From assembly GCA_003599735.1 (NCBI GenBank), contig QZJI01000016.1, positions 1,923 to 65,922 of the forward strand: a stretch of DNA of 64,000 nt, in the 5' to 3' direction. Each line of letters starts with the position of its first letter. The first letter of the stretch is position 1. A model generated the notes under the pieces. That model saw only the letters and a program-made list of their open reading frames with translations. It was not told the DNA's origin and did not search any database. Positions 9,430 through 18,468 of this stretch are shown here, one piece after another. The DNA comes from Dehalococcoidia bacterium (lineage in GTDB: Bacteria; Chloroflexota; Dehalococcoidia; UBA2979). The translations under genes were made by a program, and so were the position numbers.

Positions 9430-11130
9430 ATGAGCAGTAAGAACCTCGTCGTCCGGTTCGCGGGTGAAGGCGGACAGGGCGTCGTCGGTGGGGCCGACCT
9501 GATGGCCTCCGCCGCAGCCACGGGCGGCTACCATGTCCTGACCTTCTCCACATTCCCTTCCCAGATCAAGGGCGGCCCCGCGTGGGGTCAGGCGCGCGTC
9601 TCCAGCGAGCCCATCCTGACGCCTGGCGACTGGCTGGACGTGCTGGTCGCGCAGAATCAGTACGCCTATGACACCAACCTTCCGGACCTCCGTGAGGGCG
9701 GCATCGTCGTCTACAACTCGGAAGAGTTCGAGGTGACGGGCAATAGTCGTGCCTACGGCATTGCCGCCGACAAGATGGCGCGCGAGGCAGGTAACCCGCT
9801 GGCCTCCACCATCATTCTGATCGGTGCTGTCGCACAGATGGCGAGCATCGACCTCGGCGCGATTGAGGCGTTCATCGTCAAGCGCTGGAGTCGCGGCCGG
9901 GCGAGCGACAAGCAAATCATCGACGGCAACATCGCGGCTCTGCGGATGGGCGCGGAAGAGGGCAAGAAGTCTGGCCTCGCCGTCACCCCGCTTGATCCGC
10001 CGCCCACGCACGGCGAGCCACGCGTGATGATCCGCGGTTTCGAGGCGGCCTGTCTCGGGGCAATGGCGGCCGGCCTCGACACGTTCATCGGCTACCCGAT
10101 CTCCCCGGCCACCACCATGCTCACGTTCATGGAACAGAACCTGGTTGGGGTAGATAAGTTTGTCGGACAATCCTCTTCCGAGATTGAGTCGATTGCCGCA
10201 TTGGTGGGGTCGGGCTTCGCCGGCCGTAAGGTGATGACCTCCACGGCCGGCCCCGGCCTCAGCCTGATGGGCGAGGGTTTGGGCCTCGCGTGGATGGCGG
10301 AAATTCCTCTGGTCGTCGTGGACGTGCAGCGAGGCGGCCCCGCCACCGGCCTGCCGACGAAGACCGAGCAGTCCGACCTTTATGCCGCGATCAACCCTGG
10401 CCACGGCGACATGAGCATCCCGGTCATTGCCCCCGGCAATCCGGAAGAGGCATTCTGGGCCGCTGGTCATGCTGTCAACTGGGCGGAGCGGTATCAGGGC
10501 CCGGTCATCCTGCTCTCAGAGGCCTCCATCGCGGAGCGCGCGCAGGACATTGCGATTCCGGACGCCTCAAAAGTGAAGCAAGAGTACCGGACGGTTTCCG
10601 ATGGCAAAGTGGGAAACCGCCGCTACGCCGGCGACGGCGTGACGCCGTTCCCTGTCCCCGGTGGCCCCGGGGCCTACGTGGCGAACGGCTCTGAGCACGA
10701 CGAGGAGGGCGACACCACCCACCTTCCGGGTATCCACGTCCAGATGACGGATCGTCGCTTCGCCAAGCTGAAGGTGCTGGAAGACGGCACGTTCGAGGCG
10801 GAGCGCACCAGCGCTTCGGTCGCTCTGCTCCCGTGGGGCGGCTCGAAAGGTTCCGCGCTGGCGGCGTGGCGGGAGCTCACAGCGGAAGGCGTGGACCTCG
10901 GCTGGTATTACACGATGTTCCTGAACCCGATGCCCCCGGCGCTGCTGGAAGCATTGAAGGCGAAGCGTCTGGTGCTCGTGCCGGAACTCAACTACCTCGG
11001 ACAGCTCGCGTCGCGGCTGCGCTCCATGGGCGTCAATGCGCAGGCGATCACCCAGTACACCGGCCTGCCGTTCAAGGAGGCGGACCTGAAGTCTGCCATT
11101 CGAGAACAGATGGGCGCGTTGGTCAAGTAA
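9430..11130 (+). CDS. korA: 2-oxoacid:ferredoxin oxidoreductase, alpha (fused gamma-alpha) subunit
   Basis: The N-terminal FAGEGGQGVV gamma-type domain is followed by an alpha domain (GYPISPAT, SSEIESIA). ATG 9430 sits behind GGAGCAGGGAAG. Confidence 0.9.
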   Translation: MSSKNLVVRFAGEGGQGVVGGADLMASAAATGGYHVLTFSTFPSQIKGGPAWGQARVSSEPILTPGDWLDVLVAQNQYAYDTNLPDLREGGIVVYNSEEFEVTGNSRAYGIAADKMAREAGNPLASTIILIGAVAQMASIDLGAIEAFIVKRWSRGRASDKQIIDGNIAALRMGAEEGKKSGLAVTPLDPPPTHGEPRVMIRGFEAACLGAMAAGLDTFIGYPISPATTMLTFMEQNLVGVDKFVGQSSSEIESIAALVGSGFAGRKVMTSTAGPGLSLMGEGLGLAWMAEIPLVVVDVQRGGPATGLPTKTEQSDLYAAINPGHGDMSIPVIAPGNPEEAFWAAGHAVNWAERYQGPVILLSEASIAERAQDIAIPDASKVKQEYRTVSDGKVGNRRYAGDGVTPFPVPGGPGAYVANGSEHDEEGDTTHLPGIHVQMTDRRFAKLKVLEDGTFEAERTSASVALLPWGGSKGSALAAWRELTAEGVDLGWYYTMFLNPMPPALLEALKAKRLVLVPELNYLGQLASRLRSMGVNAQAITQYTGLPFKEADLKSAIREQMGALVK

Positions 11131-11180
11131 GTCGAGCGTCGCCCTCAGCCGGGGCAGACGCGGGAAGTCAGGGACCGAAG

Positions 11181-12056
11181 ATGAGCAAGCGAAACGCGCT
11201 GTACGACTTCAAGTGGTGCCCGGGCTGTGGCGACTTCGGGGTGAAGGTCGCCATCGAGCAAGCGCTGGCGAAGCGCGCCGTCGAGAAGCAGGAGTCGATC
11301 GAGAAGACCGTGATCATCGCCGGTATCGGCTGCTCCGGGAACCTCGTCCACCTGCAGGAAGGCCCGCAGCCGTTCGCACTGCACGGCATCCACGGCCGGG
11401 CGCTTCCCATCGCCTACGGCGTGAAGGGCCCGCGCCCGGATCTGAACGTGCTCACCGTCGGTGGCGACGGCGATATGCTTTCTATCGGTGCGGAGCACAT
11501 CGGCCCGCAAGCCCGCCGCAATCTGAACATCACGACCATCGTGATGGACAACGGCATCTACGGCCTGACCAAGGGCCAAGCCTCCCCGACTACGAATGTG
11601 GACGTCGTCACCAGCACGACACGGTACGGCAAGTTGGACGACAAGCTGAACCCGCTGATGGCCTACCTCGGCCTCGGCGTCGGCTACGTCGTCTCGGAAC
11701 TGTCGTCCCGCGTGAAGCCGCTGGGCGAGGCGATCAAGGACGCAATGGACTACCCGGGCTTCTCTGTCGTCCATGTCCAATCACCCTGCACCACTTACAA
11801 CGACACCTACGCGCTCCTCAAAGGTGACGAGAAAAAGGGGATCGAACCCCTTGCTTTCCCGATCCCGGACACGCACGACGTGACCAGCGTGCATGCCGCG
11901 ATGGACCTGGTGAAGGGCCCGCGCATCCCGATCGGTCTTGTCTACCGCCGAGAGGGCGAGAGCGTCCCCGCAGACGTCCGCCTGCGGGACGCCAAGGTGC
12001 GGACGAAGGTGGAGCAGAAGTCCGTAGACGCCCTGCTCCGCGAGATGGTGATCTAA
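11181..12056 (+). CDS. korB: 2-oxoacid:ferredoxin oxidoreductase, beta (TPP-binding) subunit
   Basis: WCPGCGDFG and GGDGDMLSIG thiamine-diphosphate motifs. ATG 11181. The track ORF starting at 10833 is an out-of-context extension overlapping korA. Confidence 0.9.
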   Translation: MSKRNALYDFKWCPGCGDFGVKVAIEQALAKRAVEKQESIEKTVIIAGIGCSGNLVHLQEGPQPFALHGIHGRALPIAYGVKGPRPDLNVLTVGGDGDMLSIGAEHIGPQARRNLNITTIVMDNGIYGLTKGQASPTTNVDVVTSTTRYGKLDDKLNPLMAYLGLGVGYVVSELSSRVKPLGEAIKDAMDYPGFSVVHVQSPCTTYNDTYALLKGDEKKGIEPLAFPIPDTHDVTSVHAAMDLVKGPRIPIGLVYRREGESVPADVRLRDAKVRTKVEQKSVDALLREMVI

Positions 12057-12075
12057 CGCCCGCTTTAATGATGAC

Positions 12076-12110
12076 GACAGGAAAGGCGGCCACTGGCCGC
12101 CTTTCCTGTC
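12076..12110 (+). terminator. perfect 16-bp GC-rich hairpin after korB (intrinsic terminator candidate, no U tract)
   Basis: GACAGGAAAGGCGGCC-act-GGCCGCCTTTCCTGTC begins 20 nt after the korB stop. Confidence 0.55.
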
Positions 12111-12136
12111 GCGACGCTATACCGAAAGTTCAAGCC

Positions 12137-12625
12137 ATGAACGTCGAGCGGCATGTCAACGTGGAGCGTCTCCGTCTTAAGTTCGCGGCGGCGCACATGG
12201 CCACGCTGGGCGACGAGCTGGAGCCGCTCCACGGGCACAATTACCTCGTCCGTTGCCGCGTGGACGGGACGCTGACGGCCGACCGCTGGGTGATCGACTT
12301 CACCGCGTTGAAGACGTATGTGCGTGAGGTATGCGAGTTCTTGGATCACCACTTCCTGCTCCAGGAACGGTCATCGCTCCTCGGCATCGCCCGTGACGGC
12401 GAGGACTGGACCGTCAGTTTCCATGACCGGACGTACCGTTTCCCGGCAACGGACGTCCGGGCGCTTCCCCTCGAAAACACCACTGCCGAACTGCTGGCGG
12501 AATACATCGCGGAGCGGGTGGCGGAGCGTCTGAGGGCAGGTGGGCACAGGAACATCACTCGGATCGCCGTGGAGGTGGAGGAGATGCCCGGCCAGGCCGG
12601 GGGGTACGCACGCGACCTCGCGTAG
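12137..12625 (+). CDS. 6-pyruvoyl-tetrahydropterin synthase / QueD family protein (atypical)
   Basis: FAAAH...LHGHNY...VIDF...LDHHFL zinc and catalytic motifs of the PTPS/QueD fold. ATG 12137 lies downstream of the hairpin. Confidence 0.8.
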   Translation: MNVERHVNVERLRLKFAAAHMATLGDELEPLHGHNYLVRCRVDGTLTADRWVIDFTALKTYVREVCEFLDHHFLLQERSSLLGIARDGEDWTVSFHDRTYRFPATDVRALPLENTTAELLAEYIAERVAERLRAGGHRNITRIAVEVEEMPGQAGGYARDLA

Positions 12626-12642
12626 CGGGCCAGCCGGGCGCG

Positions 12643-12670
12643 TTGACACCCCACGGCCCCCGGCTACGAT
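12643..12670 (+). promoter_or_regulatory. sigma70-like promoter candidate (TTGACA-16 nt-TACGAT)
   Basis: TTGACA at 12643-12648 and TACGAT at 12665-12670, followed by a GGGGAGG SD and ATG 12700. Confidence 0.4.
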
Positions 12671-12699
12671 CAACAGAGATTCCCGGGGAGGCTTGCCGT

Positions 12700-13245
12700 A
12701 TGCAGATCGACTGGGAAGAGACGATCAACAAGATCCTGCACGATGTGCTGACGTGCCCTCGCTGCACGAAACCGCAGGAAGCGCTGATCGTGGGCTATTC
12801 ACGAAAGCCTAGCCTGAATGCTTTCGCGCCGCGTCACCGGAACTGCCCGCGTGGCGACGAATGCGACGCGCGCAAGCTGATCACGCTCTGCGAGCCCTGC
12901 GCCCGCCTGGAAGGACTCCCTGGCCAGCCGATGGACGCTGTCCAGGCACTCGAGACCTACATGCTCGACTGCCGACGCGATCTTGAGGAGTCCTTGGACT
13001 ATCTCGCCGAGTACTGGCGTGACGACTACGAACTGACCGCCGACGAACTGGACTCCAACCTCGAAGAGGTTGATCCGGATGTGTTCAAGGAAGAGACCCA
13101 ATGGCGCCAGCGGCTGGAGGAGGAGTACCTCCGGTATCACCGTGAGTTCCGTGACCGGAATCGCCGTATCCCCAGCCCCGGTTGGCGCTCTGAATACGTC
13201 GAAGAGATACGGGCGCTCGGTTACGACACATTGCTGGGCGAGTAG
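12700..13245 (+). CDS. hypothetical protein, N-terminal Cys-rich (zinc-ribbon/HNH-like) region plus acidic helical C-terminus
   Basis: CPRC...(24 aa)...CPRGDEC...CEPC cysteine pattern. ATG 12700 has a strong GGGGAGG SD. High GC3. Confidence 0.6.
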   Translation: MQIDWEETINKILHDVLTCPRCTKPQEALIVGYSRKPSLNAFAPRHRNCPRGDECDARKLITLCEPCARLEGLPGQPMDAVQALETYMLDCRRDLEESLDYLAEYWRDDYELTADELDSNLEEVDPDVFKEETQWRQRLEEEYLRYHREFRDRNRRIPSPGWRSEYVEEIRALGYDTLLGE

Positions 13246-13251
13246 CGACGG

Positions 13252-13494
13252 ATGAGGCAGTCTATCCGGTTTGCGCTCGCGGCGGCGGCTGCCGGCCTTG
13301 CTTGGGGCTATTTGCGGCACCGGAAAGACGGGCGCGCGGCGGTCTTCGCGGCCATACAGGCCCTCGAATGGTTCGTCGCCTACGGTGGCGCCACGGCGTT
13401 GCTGGAGCGCGTGCGTGAGGGCCTCGAAGGCGGCGAGGTAGAGGTGGAACGCGTGACGCACACTCGCCAGACCATTGTGGATCACGAGGGTTAG
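13252..13494 (+). CDS. small hypothetical protein (80 aa), one hydrophobic N-terminal segment
   Basis: Starts 6 nt after the previous stop. Codon usage is consistent with coding. No family recognised. Confidence 0.45.
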   Translation: MRQSIRFALAAAAAGLAWGYLRHRKDGRAAVFAAIQALEWFVAYGGATALLERVREGLEGGEVEVERVTHTRQTIVDHEG

Positions 13495-13604
13495 GCTCTG
13501 TTTCCGCCACCCCCGACCGGTAGCCTGCAACCGGCCGCGCTGATACGGTGACGCCCGCGCCATCGCGCATATTCGAAGACCGCCTGATTTGATGGGAGCA
13601 CGCC

Positions 13605-13826
13605 ATGGCCGCGAAGTGGGAAGCCTACGCCGAGGTTGTCGAGCACATTTTCCGTGTCGCGCCGCAGGCGACTCCGACCCGCTCCGACTTCCTGGACATC
13701 TGCAACGCGAACGAGATCTCGGACGACGTCATCGACGGTTTCGACGCGCTCCGCGAAGGCGTGATGTACAAGAACGTCGACGAGGTGAAGGCGGCGCTCA
13801 TCGCCGTTGGCCAGATCGCCGACTAG
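13605..13826 (+). CDS. DUF2795-like small protein
   Basis: GGGAG SD 6 nt upstream. The pattern P.T..DFLD....NEISDDVIDGFDALREGVMYKNVDEVKAAL resembles the DUF2795 consensus, recalled by eye. Confidence 0.6.
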   Translation: MAAKWEAYAEVVEHIFRVAPQATPTRSDFLDICNANEISDDVIDGFDALREGVMYKNVDEVKAALIAVGQIAD

Positions 13827-14641
13827 TGGTGACAGGCCCCACATCCGCGCTGCGTGAGCAGGCGCGCGAGTGGGGCCGCGCCCTCCTCGACGCGCCCCAG
13901 TGGGCTGACGTCCCCGACCGTGTCACGCTGCTCATCGTCTCCCCCGCCGCTGGGTACGACGACAGCGCCCGCACCATCACGCTCTGGCTCACCATCGACG
14001 TCCCCGCCGCGCGTTCCCTCCCGAACGAGTACTCGGCACTGGCGCGTGACGAGGTCGTGATCGAACGGCGTCCCAACACGCCGGGCGTCCTCATCGCGAT
14101 GTCGGACGCCTCGCTGCACCGGCTGCTTCAGGGCACCACGCGCGCGTCCGTGGAGGCGCGCTGGCGCGTACGCCACGCGGAGGCGGTCGCCGACCGGCTG
14201 CACCGGCTGGACGAATTCAATGTGCGCGCCAACATGCTGCCGGAGGACGCCCTGGAGCGGATCGTCCGCGCGCTCTGGCTAGACCTGTACGCCGCGGCTG
14301 CCTCCCTGGACGCAATCGAGGCGCATGTCCGCGCGGCCTTGCCAGCCGCGGGCGAGGTCGCGGCGGGTATCGCGCGCCTCGCCGTCGCGCTGGAGGAAGG
14401 CGCCTATCCGCCGGCGGAGTTGTTGATGCGCGCCGCGCGTGAAACCCGCATCGGGAAGCGCCTCAGCGTCTGGCTGGACGACCTTGGTGCGGCGGTCGCG
14501 GGAGACTCTGCCGCGGCACGACGTGTGGTGGCCAGCCGCGAGCAGGCGCTGGCCGAAGTGCGTGACGTCGTCGGCGAGCGCTGGCGGAGCCGCCCGTGGT
14601 GGCGCGACCCCGAGGCATACGCCCTTCGCGCCCCCCGCTAA
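13826..14641 (+). CDS. hypothetical protein (271 aa)
   Basis: GTG 13826 overlaps the TAG of the preceding gene (TAGTG). The upstream part of track ORF 13589 is out of frame with the DUF2795 gene. Helical Ala/Arg-rich C-terminus. Confidence 0.55.
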   Translation: MVTGPTSALREQAREWGRALLDAPQWADVPDRVTLLIVSPAAGYDDSARTITLWLTIDVPAARSLPNEYSALARDEVVIERRPNTPGVLIAMSDASLHRLLQGTTRASVEARWRVRHAEAVADRLHRLDEFNVRANMLPEDALERIVRALWLDLYAAAASLDAIEAHVRAALPAAGEVAAGIARLAVALEEGAYPPAELLMRAARETRIGKRLSVWLDDLGAAVAGDSAAARRVVASREQALAEVRDVVGERWRSRPWWRDPEAYALRAPR

Positions 14642-14651
14642 CCTCGCCTCC

Positions 14652-15836
14652 ATGGATGCCGGTGAGATCGCCTGGCTGCTGACGCCGGAAGGCGCACGTG
14701 CCGCCGAGCAGGCGCGTGCCAGCATTGATGCTGGCATCGCGGCACATACCATCGCCGAACGGCTGAGGGGCGAGTATGGCGCGCCACATTCCCGTGCCGC
14801 TCTCGCCCTCGTCGCTGGGCGGCTCTCTGCGGCCGCCAAATTCACGGACGCTGGCCGCCTCATTCTCGACCGCGAAGCTGCCGAGCAGGCAACCGCCGAG
14901 GCGGTGGCCCGCTGGACAGCGCGCCGGTTCGCGGGCGCGCGGCGAGTCGCTGACCTCGGCTGTGGCGCTGGTGGCGATGCCCTCGCCCTCGCCGAAATTG
15001 TGCCCGTTCTCGCCGTCGACCGCGACCCCGATCGAGTGGCAATGACACACGCAAACGCCGCTATCAGGAGGCTCACCGAGCGTCTCGACGTGCGCGAGGG
15101 CGACGCGCTCGACCCCCTGCCCGCGGATATCGACGCCGTCTGGCTCGATCCCGCACGGCGCGACGGATCGGGCCGCACCCTCGACCCCGAGGCGTGGTCG
15201 CCCCCGCTGTTCAAGTCGGTGTACATCGCCTCGACCGTCGCGCGCGCTGGTATCAAGGCCGCGCCAGGGCTCGATCTCGTGCATGTGCCCGACGGGTGCG
15301 AGGTGGAGTTCATCTCGCATCGAGGTGGGCTGGTAGAGTCCGTGTTGTGGTTTGGTGAGGCGGTCAGCGCCCGACGGCGGGCGACGGTGCTGCCGCAAGG
15401 GGCATCCGTGGCGGGTGAGCCGGACACTGGATCGACCCCGCTTGGAGCGCCTGGTCGGTACCTCTTCGATCTGGACGCCTCGGTGGGGCGCGCGTCCCTC
15501 ATCGACATCGTCGCGCCAACCATCGAGGCGTGGAGGCTGGACGAGCGGACGGCCTACCTGTCTGGCGACACGGCTGTCACTTCCCCCTTCGCACGGCGGT
15601 TTCGAATCATGGACACCTTGCCATTCGCAGAGCGCCGGCTGCGTGACGTCCTGCGCTCACTGGGCGCTTCCCGCGTCGAGGTGATGCGGCGCGCCTCCCC
15701 CGTGGACACCAACGCCCTTGAACGGCGACTGAACGCCGCATTATTGGGGAACGGTCCGGTACTGACGGTGGCGCTGACGCGCGTGGGAGGCACACACATG
15801 GCGCTCGTTTGCGAGCGCGAACGAGACGAGGATTAG
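14652..15836 (+). CDS. class I SAM-dependent methyltransferase with C-terminal THUMP-like region
   Basis: SAM motif I VADLGCGAGGDALALA and post-I VLAVDRD. ATG 14652. Confidence 0.8.
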   Translation: MDAGEIAWLLTPEGARAAEQARASIDAGIAAHTIAERLRGEYGAPHSRAALALVAGRLSAAAKFTDAGRLILDREAAEQATAEAVARWTARRFAGARRVADLGCGAGGDALALAEIVPVLAVDRDPDRVAMTHANAAIRRLTERLDVREGDALDPLPADIDAVWLDPARRDGSGRTLDPEAWSPPLFKSVYIASTVARAGIKAAPGLDLVHVPDGCEVEFISHRGGLVESVLWFGEAVSARRRATVLPQGASVAGEPDTGSTPLGAPGRYLFDLDASVGRASLIDIVAPTIEAWRLDERTAYLSGDTAVTSPFARRFRIMDTLPFAERRLRDVLRSLGASRVEVMRRASPVDTNALERRLNAALLGNGPVLTVALTRVGGTHMALVCERERDED

Positions 15837-17095
15837 ACGGCCTCGAAACCCGCCTCCGCGAGCGCCACCTCGGCGTAGCGTGGGTTGAGGCCGGATTCGC
15901 CGTAGAACTCCCACAGCAGCCGCTGGCGAAGTGCCTGGATGCCCAATCCGGCCGTGGCGCTCGTGAAAATCACTTCGCCATCGATGGGCAGCGTGTGACC
16001 GGTCGCCAGCGTTTCGAGGTCAGTTTCAGTGGTGACGGGGCACCCGTCAGCCAGCGTCAGGCCGTCGGCCTTGTTTACCACGGTGAGCATGGGCGTACCG
16101 GCCAGGCCGAGTTCTTCCACGGTGTGCAGCACCGTCGTCATCTGCGCGGCGATCGTCTTCGCGGTGCCGTCGACGACGTGCAGCAGCAGGTCGGCCGTGT
16201 CGAGTTCCTCCAGGGTCGCGCGGAAGGCGGAGATCAGCTGCGTGGGGAGTTTTTGCATGAATCCCACTGTGTCGGTGAGCAGGAACCACTCCCCGCTTTG
16301 CGACCCGACGCGCCTTGTCACCGGGTCGAGTGTGGCGAACACGGCATCCATCGCCAGCACGTCCGCGCCCGCGATCGCGCGCATCAGCGAGGACTTGCCC
16401 GCGTTGGTATAGCCGACGAGCGCGACCACGGGGATACCAGTCGCGCGGCGGCGGCTGCGCTGGAGCTCACGTTGCTGGCGTACCTGCTGGATCTGCTTCT
16501 TCAGTCGGGTGATCCGCTGGCCGATCAGGCGACGGTCCGTCTCCAGCTGCGTCTCGCCGGGGCCTCTTGAGCCGATCGCGCCCTCCATGCGCTCGAGGTG
16601 TTGCCACTGACCGCGCAACCGCGGCAGCAGGTACTCGTGCTGTGCCAGTTCTACTTGGAGCGCCGCCTCTCGCGTGTGGGCACGCGAGGCGAAGATGTCA
16701 AGGATCAGTGCGGAGCGGTCCAGCACTTTCACCCCAAGCGCCTGCTCCAGGTTCAACTGCTGGGACGGCGAGAGCGGGTCGTCGAAGACCACCATGGTGT
16801 AGCCGAGTTCCTTGCGCAGTCCGACGATCTCTTCGAGTTTGCCCACGCCGATGTAGTGCGCTGGATCGGGATGTGGACGTCGCTGGAGCGTGGCGCCGAC
16901 CACGCGCCCACCCGCGGTGTTCACCAGTTGCCCCAGCTCACGCATCGACTCTGTCGCGCTGAAGCCGTCCGTCCGCCGTCCTGAGTCCAGGCCGACGAGG
17001 TAGGCACACTCTTCTCGCGGCGCGGTCGAGTGGGCGAGGCGCGGCGCTCGGCGTGCCGGCAGGGCAGGCTCAAATTCCACGTCGATGGACTCCAC
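15833..17095 (-). CDS. hflX: GTPase HflX
   Basis: HflX N-terminal domain (LDRSALILDIFASRAHTREAALQVELAQ), G1 GYTNAGKSSL and G3 DTVGF. The stop overlaps the convergent methyltransferase stop (TTAG). Confidence 0.9.
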   Translation of the reverse strand: MESIDVEFEPALPARRAPRLAHSTAPREECAYLVGLDSGRRTDGFSATESMRELGQLVNTAGGRVVGATLQRRPHPDPAHYIGVGKLEEIVGLRKELGYTMVVFDDPLSPSQQLNLEQALGVKVLDRSALILDIFASRAHTREAALQVELAQHEYLLPRLRGQWQHLERMEGAIGSRGPGETQLETDRRLIGQRITRLKKQIQQVRQQRELQRSRRRATGIPVVALVGYTNAGKSSLMRAIAGADVLAMDAVFATLDPVTRRVGSQSGEWFLLTDTVGFMQKLPTQLISAFRATLEELDTADLLLHVVDGTAKTIAAQMTTVLHTVEELGLAGTPMLTVVNKADGLTLADGCPVTTETDLETLATGHTLPIDGEVIFTSATAGLGIQALRQRLLWEFYGESGLNPRYAEVALAEAGFEAV

Positions 17096-17240
17096 CCGCT
17101 TCTCGTCGGACGCGTGGTCGTTGGGTGCGAACGGGTGGCGGGCGATCCCATTGGAGGCTGTGTCGAGGTGAGGGCGGCGTCGAGGAATACGGCTGCTCCT
17201 GGGTGCGTACGGCGTCCAGTGTAGTCCTCTGAAGGCGTAC

Positions 17241-18419
17241 CTACCGCGAGGGCTGCCCCTGCGCGAATGCTGCTAGCCGCCGCAATGCCTCGTCCAGCCG
17301 GTCGTCCGGGGTCGTGAGGGAGATGCGGATGTAACCCTCACCCGCCGCTCCGTATGACGCGCCTGGCGTTACAACGACGCCTGTGGCGTCGATGAGCCGC
17401 GCGGCGAACTCGCCGGAGGATCGCTCGCCTTCAGGCAGTCGGGCCCAGATGTAGAGGGACGCCTTCGGTGGCTCCACACGGAGGCCGAGCTGGCGCAGGA
17501 CTGTGATCGCCCGGTCGCGGCGCTTCGAATAAATATCGTTATGTCGCTTTATCGTGTCCCGAGGGTCATCGAGGGCGGCGATCGCCATCTGCTGGATCGC
17601 CTGCGGGATGCCGGAGTCCATGTTCGTCTTCACGCGGGTGAGAGCGTTCACGAGCGTCGCGTTCCCGACCGCCATGCCCAGACGCCATCCCGTCATGTTG
17701 AACGACTTGGAGAGTGAGTTGAACTCGATCGCCACATCCTTCGCGCCGTCGACCTCCATGATGCTCATCGGTACGTAGCCGTCGTATGCCACGTCCGCGT
17801 ACGCGAGGTCATGCGCGATGACTACGTCGTACTGCTTTGCCCAGGCGACGGCGCGTTCGTAGAACCCCCGGTCGGCGATCGCACCGGTGGGGTTGTTTGG
17901 ATAGTTCAGCCAGATCACCTTCGCGGCCCGCGCGGTCTCTGCCGGGATATCGTCGAGACGCGGCAGCCAGCCGTCTTCCTCACGCAACGGCACCTTCACC
18001 GTGATCCCGCCGGCGAACATGGTGGCCACCTCATAGACCGGGTAGCCGGGGTCTGTGATCAGTGAAGTGTCGCCGGGATCGATGAGGCACAGGGGCAGAT
18101 GGGCGATGCCCTCTTTCGACCCGATCAGCGGCACGACCTCCTGGTCTGGGTCGAGGCTGACGCCATGGCGCTTTTGGTACCATCGGGTGATCGCCTGCCG
18201 GAACTGCGGCAGTCCGTCTGACTCCGGGTAACGGTGGTTCGCTGGGTCGGCGGTTGCCTGGCGCAGGACATCGAGCAGGTAATCCGGCGTCGGAATATCC
18301 GGATCACCGATACCGAGTGAGATGACGTCCACGCCCTCTGCGCGCTTCTGCGCGATCAGTTGCGAGATCCGGGCGAAGAGGTATGGGGGCAGTTGCTCCA
18401 CGCGCTGCGCAAGCCTCAC
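17241..18419 (-). CDS. dapL: class I PLP aminotransferase, LL-diaminopimelate aminotransferase (DapL)-like
   Basis: LPPYLFARI...ISLGIGDPDIPTP N-terminus and the PLP-lysine block SLSKSFNMTGWRLG. Lies in the same strand array as dapF. GTG start. Confidence 0.7.
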   Translation of the reverse strand: MRLAQRVEQLPPYLFARISQLIAQKRAEGVDVISLGIGDPDIPTPDYLLDVLRQATADPANHRYPESDGLPQFRQAITRWYQKRHGVSLDPDQEVVPLIGSKEGIAHLPLCLIDPGDTSLITDPGYPVYEVATMFAGGITVKVPLREEDGWLPRLDDIPAETARAAKVIWLNYPNNPTGAIADRGFYERAVAWAKQYDVVIAHDLAYADVAYDGYVPMSIMEVDGAKDVAIEFNSLSKSFNMTGWRLGMAVGNATLVNALTRVKTNMDSGIPQAIQQMAIAALDDPRDTIKRHNDIYSKRRDRAITVLRQLGLRVEPPKASLYIWARLPEGERSSGEFAARLIDATGVVVTPGASYGAAGEGYIRISLTTPDDRLDEALRRLAAFAQGQPSR

Positions 18420-18468
18420 GGATCGGGCCTCTCTCTGCTCTGCCGGTGTGGGTCGGACGGTCGAGGCG

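Noticed and set aside
9271-10470. 399-aa minus-strand ORF antisense to korA, plus similar shadows at 14279..15523, 32478..33785, 41377..42468 and 55365..56474
   Set aside because: Same reasoning as above. Each overlaps a confidently identified gene on the opposite strand or in another frame and has a biased, motif-free composition.
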